The notes below the pieces were generated by a model. The model was not told the origin of the DNA and did no database searches. It worked only from the letters and a program-made list of their open reading frames with translations. This document shows, one piece after another, positions 59,170-64,000 of a stretch of 64,000 nt of DNA. The stretch is from positions 2,728,001 to 2,792,000 of the forward strand of contig OX442314.1 in NCBI GenBank assembly GCA_949358305.1, in the 5' to 3' direction. The DNA is from Strigamia acuminata (lineage: Eukaryota). Within the stretch, counting starts at the first letter, position 1; the number at the start of each line of letters is the position of its first letter. The translations under genes were made by a program, and so were the position numbers.

Positions 59170-60250
59170 GTCTTGGCACTTGAATGGTTTTTCCCCAGTA
59201 TGTATTAATAAATGTATTTTTAAAGCCCCACTATGAACACAAGAATAAGCACACAAATGACACTTTGAATGGTTTTTCCCCAGTATGTATTAATAAATGA
59301 TAGTGCAAATGTCAAGTTAAACGACCAAATATTCGAGTTAAAAATTAAATTTGTGTATATTCCGTGTAAATTCAAGTGTAAACAAATTAGCCCAAGTAAT
59401 AATCATAGTAATAATCATTATTGTTGTTGTTTACTCTAAAAAAACAATAACTGTTACAAAAATTGTGCTTACGATCGAGTCAATCTAACAAAAATCCAAG
59501 ATGGCTGCCAGTAAAACCTGATTTAAACGTGGCGTGCAGGTCGTTTCCGTTTAACCAGTTTAACGACAGTCACAAAAATTAATTTGTGTAAATGTAAAGT
59601 TAAAACGAATGTAAGCACATTTAGACTCGTTTTGATGACTTTTCGAATGCACCTACTAGTACTATCTCCGTCTCTAGCGCTGATTTCCATTTTCTGCCTA
59701 AAGATTGTCCTCTTCGCAGTAGCTCCAAGTCAAAACATAAGCCGAAGAGTTAATACTCTGTAAATATGCAGCACAAATGGTTTTTCTCCAGTGTGAGTTG
59801 TAATATGTACTGGAGGAAAATCATTTATTTGTGATGTGTTTTCAAGTGGAATTTAATGAACTTGGTAGATTTGTGAGTTGACTGACTTTATTCAAAGGTT
59901 AAACTGGGTGCAAAGATTTGAAAGATGTTCAAAGATTTTAAACTTGATACTTGGTCAAGTTTAAAATCTTTGAGTTTGAATAAGTCATAAATTTTTATGT
60001 GGGATATACTTAAAATTAGAAAATTTCCACCCTTGGAAACAAAATAATGGGAGAGGGAATTTAACATTATTAAGTGTATGTTTAGTGTTGAAACCAGCGA
60101 AACATCTGTCAATCCATTTTGCTAAAAAGCAAGTAGGCAAATGACATTTGAATGGTTTTTCTCCAGTAGGAGTTGAAATATGTGCTTTTATGTTAAAAGT
60201 ACATTTTACAACCCATACTGGAGGGAAACCATTACAATGACATTTGTGTT
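59170..60250. pseudogene. Scattered degenerate C2H2/TGEKP remnants
   Basis: Several TGGTTTTTC[TC]CCAGT linker relics (HTGEKP on the minus strand), with no continuous ORF. Confidence 0.6.
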
Positions 60251-60795
60251 CTCATTCTGGTAGTTGTATTCAAGTGGAATTTAAGATGTTTTCTTTTTGT
60301 TTGAATTAATTATTGCAGTTAAACAGTTTTATACTGCTGTACTAGAAATTATACTACTTGAGAATTTTGGAGATTTGTGAGTAGACCGACTTTATTCAAA
60401 GGTTAAACTGGGTGCAAAGATTTTTTAAAGATTTTTAAAAGGTTTTAAACCTGAAACTTGACAGAATCTGCGACCACTCACAAACTCAAATATTTGAGAG
60501 TAGTCGCAAATTTTGCGTGGGATCAGAATTGTGCTAAGGCGACAAATTGAGTTTGTAATTTCTGTATTCCTTGATTCAGTGGCTTTTCCGCATTCATTAT
60601 ATGGAAGAACTACAGGAGTGGCACTATGAGTTGTTGTTGTCACAGTGATTTATGTTCTTTATCTTGACATAAATAACTTGCGAATTTCGTATCTAAATGT
60701 GTGTTCTCATGAGGCAAAATGAGAGACGCTGCTTTCGATCGAGTTCGGACGAGGTCTGCTTTTTATTACAAGTCAAGGACATACGACATATCATG

Positions 60796-61143
60796 CTCAC
60801 CTGGGAGAAGAAACTGAACCGCATCAACGCGCTATTTGAGGTCTGGATGGACGTGCAACGACGCTGGGTCTACTTGGAGGGGATCTTCATCAAGGCGCTG
60901 CTGCCGGTGAAGACGTCGCACTTGCAGAGCATCAGCTTGGAGTTCCTGACTCTGATGAAGACAGTGGCCAAGTCGCCGATGGTGATGGACGTGCACAACA
61001 TCCCGGCCGTGCAGCGCTTGGCGGAGCGCTTGGCGGAGCGCTTGGCGGACTTGTTGGGCGGCGAGGATTTGCTGGAGATTATTGGCAATAGCAAAAACGT
61101 GGCGCGCTTGCAGAAACATTTGAAGAAGATGTTTGTGGGCATT
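60796..61143 (+). pseudogene. DYNC1H1: Cytoplasmic dynein heavy chain internal fragment
   Basis: [29 protein letters not shown]...ERLADLLG...[23 protein letters not shown]. It has two internal deletions and a 12-bp tandem duplication relative to the canonical sequence as I recall it. Confidence 0.88.
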
Positions 61144-63513
61144 TTGATTGGCGTGCCTAAATGGAGTGGGCATAATTACCGAGTGAGTTTATTTCTGAGT
61201 TATTTGATTTGTTGCGCGCATCGTAGATATCTGCGGCTTTCATCCCACTGGCGTTTGTCGCTCGTCATTCGATGCTAGAGTTAAAGTTTGATGGCCATCA
61301 TCGTTGGAGGGAAAATTCGTTTTTCGACTTTCCTCCTGGCATCGCGCCATTACATGTGATGATCAATAGCGGGATTTTCTTCGTTTTTTTTTTGTTGGTT
61401 TAAAAAATTGATTTAAAATTTTCTCACACTGACTTGTGAGTTGCAGAGTCACTCTGGTGTGAATATTTATTATTAACACAGGAGAATGATGCAATTTGTT
61501 GACGTTGATTCCAAACGATGGAGATGCTTCCACCTCGCCTAGCGACGGCACGTGTTCGTTGTTCTTGTTCATTCCATTTCGTGTCGTTTGCTTTTCGGTT
61601 CGATGTTTTTCTTGTGTGTTTCCATTCGTTTTCGTGATGATAATGATGCAAAACCAAAGGATGAGGTTTGGTTTTAGTTAATATTTTGACTGTGATAAAA
61701 TTTAATGTGTTTTTCTCTTTTTTTCCGCTCTATTTTTGACCAAAATGGCATTTATTTTTGTTCATTTGGTCTTGTGCTTCTTCGCTTCCTCTCTCTGGCC
61801 TCAAAATACAACCTATAACCATGGAACTGGATTAAGATTGGTTTGATTTTAGCTAATTTTGAATTGTTCCTCTTTTTTATTCATTTTTCTGTTGGATTGC
61901 AAATTAGTTTATCCCACATTTGAGCCGACAGATGGCGCGTAGGTCGTGGCAGAGTTAACGTAATTGATTGTTGTCAGGTATTTCGGCATATTGGTATCGA
62001 TTAAATCTACTGACGAGCCAACTGTGGTTTTATCCGTTTATCTAAGTTGATAGAGAGTCAAGGGGACATGAATGGCGTACAATAGCGTAAAATATGGGAT
62101 TGATCTGTTTTTCTAGATGAATATTAATATTGCTGAATTAAAAATAGAGTTTAAATTAAAATCAATCACTCACACATGTTTGACTCAAATTTAATTGCTT
62201 TAATGAATTAAGACACTACACATTTAACGAGCAAATTTTTACGTTTAGACTGGTTTAAAAAATATACAGAAAATAAGTTTAAATGACACTGAGTGCACCT
62301 TCTGTCCACAACGTTACATTCATTAATCGAAATCAAAATTGTACATGATTGATAACTGACAGTTATCTGAATAAATTAATACAGAGTACGTAATAAGTTG
62401 GGAATGAAGTTACAAGTGCTGTGAGATTTTAATTGTGCTTACAAGATATAGTATTTCTCTGTTCAACAATAAATGAAGTAAACTGCCTATGTCATAAACA
62501 AACAACCAATGTGGAGACTGCAAAACAGTCATCGTTTAGCTCTCCAATCACCAATCCAAAAGCATGTAACAAACCGCATATGATAACGGATAGGTTTTAT
62601 TTTGCTGGTGCTGCCATCTGTTAGGACTCATGTTTGAAACACTCATAACTTATGAGTGTGTCAAACATGTTGCATTCAAATTTAATTCCACATGGTGGTA
62701 TGATTGACCTTAAATTGGTAAATCCTCGTATAAAACACACACTGAGCTTGATTAATTGTTCTGATTAAGGCAGCTCTCATCTTATCATGCACTAAGATTC
62801 GTGTTGACCTAATTGTCTGGACAATCACTCATCGTGCTACGGATATTTAAAACTTTATTTGAGACTTTTTTTGAGAAAATAGGCGACTTCTTTTATTGTT
62901 TCAGGCTATACTACTTTTTAAACGCTTGCTTTGCTGCTTCACAGCTATTTAGCAGCTCTGCTTGTGTGAAAAGTGTATTTATTAAAAAGAAAAGAAAGAA
63001 AAGAATTTGTTGTATTCTGTAGATGTTGAGATGTGTAGCAGCACCTGAAAGATGGTGACACTATCTGCGTCTTAAACTACAATGCTTTGTTTGGAGAAGT
63101 GCATAGGGAGAAACAACGTGAGCACCCTGATTGGTTTACGTAATTTTCAGGAGGTCACACACAGTAAGAAGGATGTTAATAAAAGAGGGTCTGTAAGAGT
63201 GCAATAAAGAGGGTAAAACATCACTGCAAAACACTGCAGAAGTGGCTTAAGCACTAAATCTAGATTCTTTACATACGGTAAAATGCAGGCGTTTTGTTGT
63301 TAGAACTTAAATTTCCCCCATGATTTTTTAGCTTTTATGATCAATTTAGACATTTATTGTAGTCGTTTTGTTCAATTTAGTTTGATTTAGACCTGCGTTG
63401 TAAAGGACATGTCACATTCTATTAGTGCATTTACAGTACAAATTCAATGCATCCAGTTATAAGTTACTGGTAAGCAATATTTTATTATTTTAAACCCATG
63501 GAATTAAAGGCAA

Positions 63514-63897
63514 TCAAAATAGAAGAAGAGAAAATAAGGAGAAACCAGTGAGAATACCAATAATAGATCCAATCTGACACAATAACTTTACAATGGTAAC
63601 CTCTTGCTGTTCTTCGATTATTTCTCTGATGTTATTTTCAAACATATACCAAACAAACGGTTGTAAATCGCGCTCTAAGCTGTTGATAATTGAAGGATTG
63701 TAGATGGTTTCTTGACAAGATGCTTTGCAGGAACAGTCTTCTCGGGGGTTTGTCTTCAACAGATTTTTCAAATATGTTTCGTAAGTTGTTTTAGCCGTCT
63801 CATGAGATAGGCAAAGGGGAAATTTACTCTTATCCATGGATGGAAGTCTAGTAATACAACAACATTTACTGGAAATACACAGTGTGCCATGACGCAT
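63514..63897 (-). pseudogene. DEG/ENaC channel C-terminal fragment
   Basis: C.C...C.E..Y cysteine-rich domain and a TM2-like LLCQIGSIIGILTGFSLFSL with the GxS filter motif. An in-frame stop lies just upstream, and the rest may be outside the window. Confidence 0.7.
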
Positions 63898-64000
63898 GAT
63901 TTTTTCCAGTTATTAAAAATTGGGCAAACACTTGAACTGTTTGGGGTAGCAACTTAGCAACGTAGCAACTTAGCTAGGTAGATCAAATGTGACAAATTAA

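Overview
AT-rich, repeat-dense DNA from an animal genome, probably an invertebrate; it has spliceosomal introns and TGEKP-linked C2H2 genes and no prokaryotic features. The main feature is an apparently intact 15,459-bp Maverick/Polinton (adintovirus-like endogenous dsDNA virus) at 14301-29759, with 383-bp TIRs and a 6-bp CCCATT target-site duplication. It encodes the full core set: protein-primed PolB, chromodomain integrase, packaging ATPase, minor and major capsid proteins, basic core proteins and an adenain-like protease. It also carries an accessory arm: an ALKBH2-like AlkB, a Zn-binding DEDD exonuclease resembling arenavirus NP/Maelstrom domains, a single-BIR IAP, two PC4-like proteins (one with a predicted TM helix) and palindrome-bearing tandem repeats. 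The flanks contain the 3' end of a BEL/Pao retrotransposon, a recent non-coding LTR element (741-bp LTRs, 4-bp TSD), a hAT MITE, smaller MITEs, a ~21-bp minisatellite, two inverted disabled copies of a C2H2 ZNF gene, many local duplications and broken host-gene fragments (GALM, dynein heavy chain, DEG/ENaC, possibly RPAP1). All homology calls were made by eye from motifs; no database searches were run.
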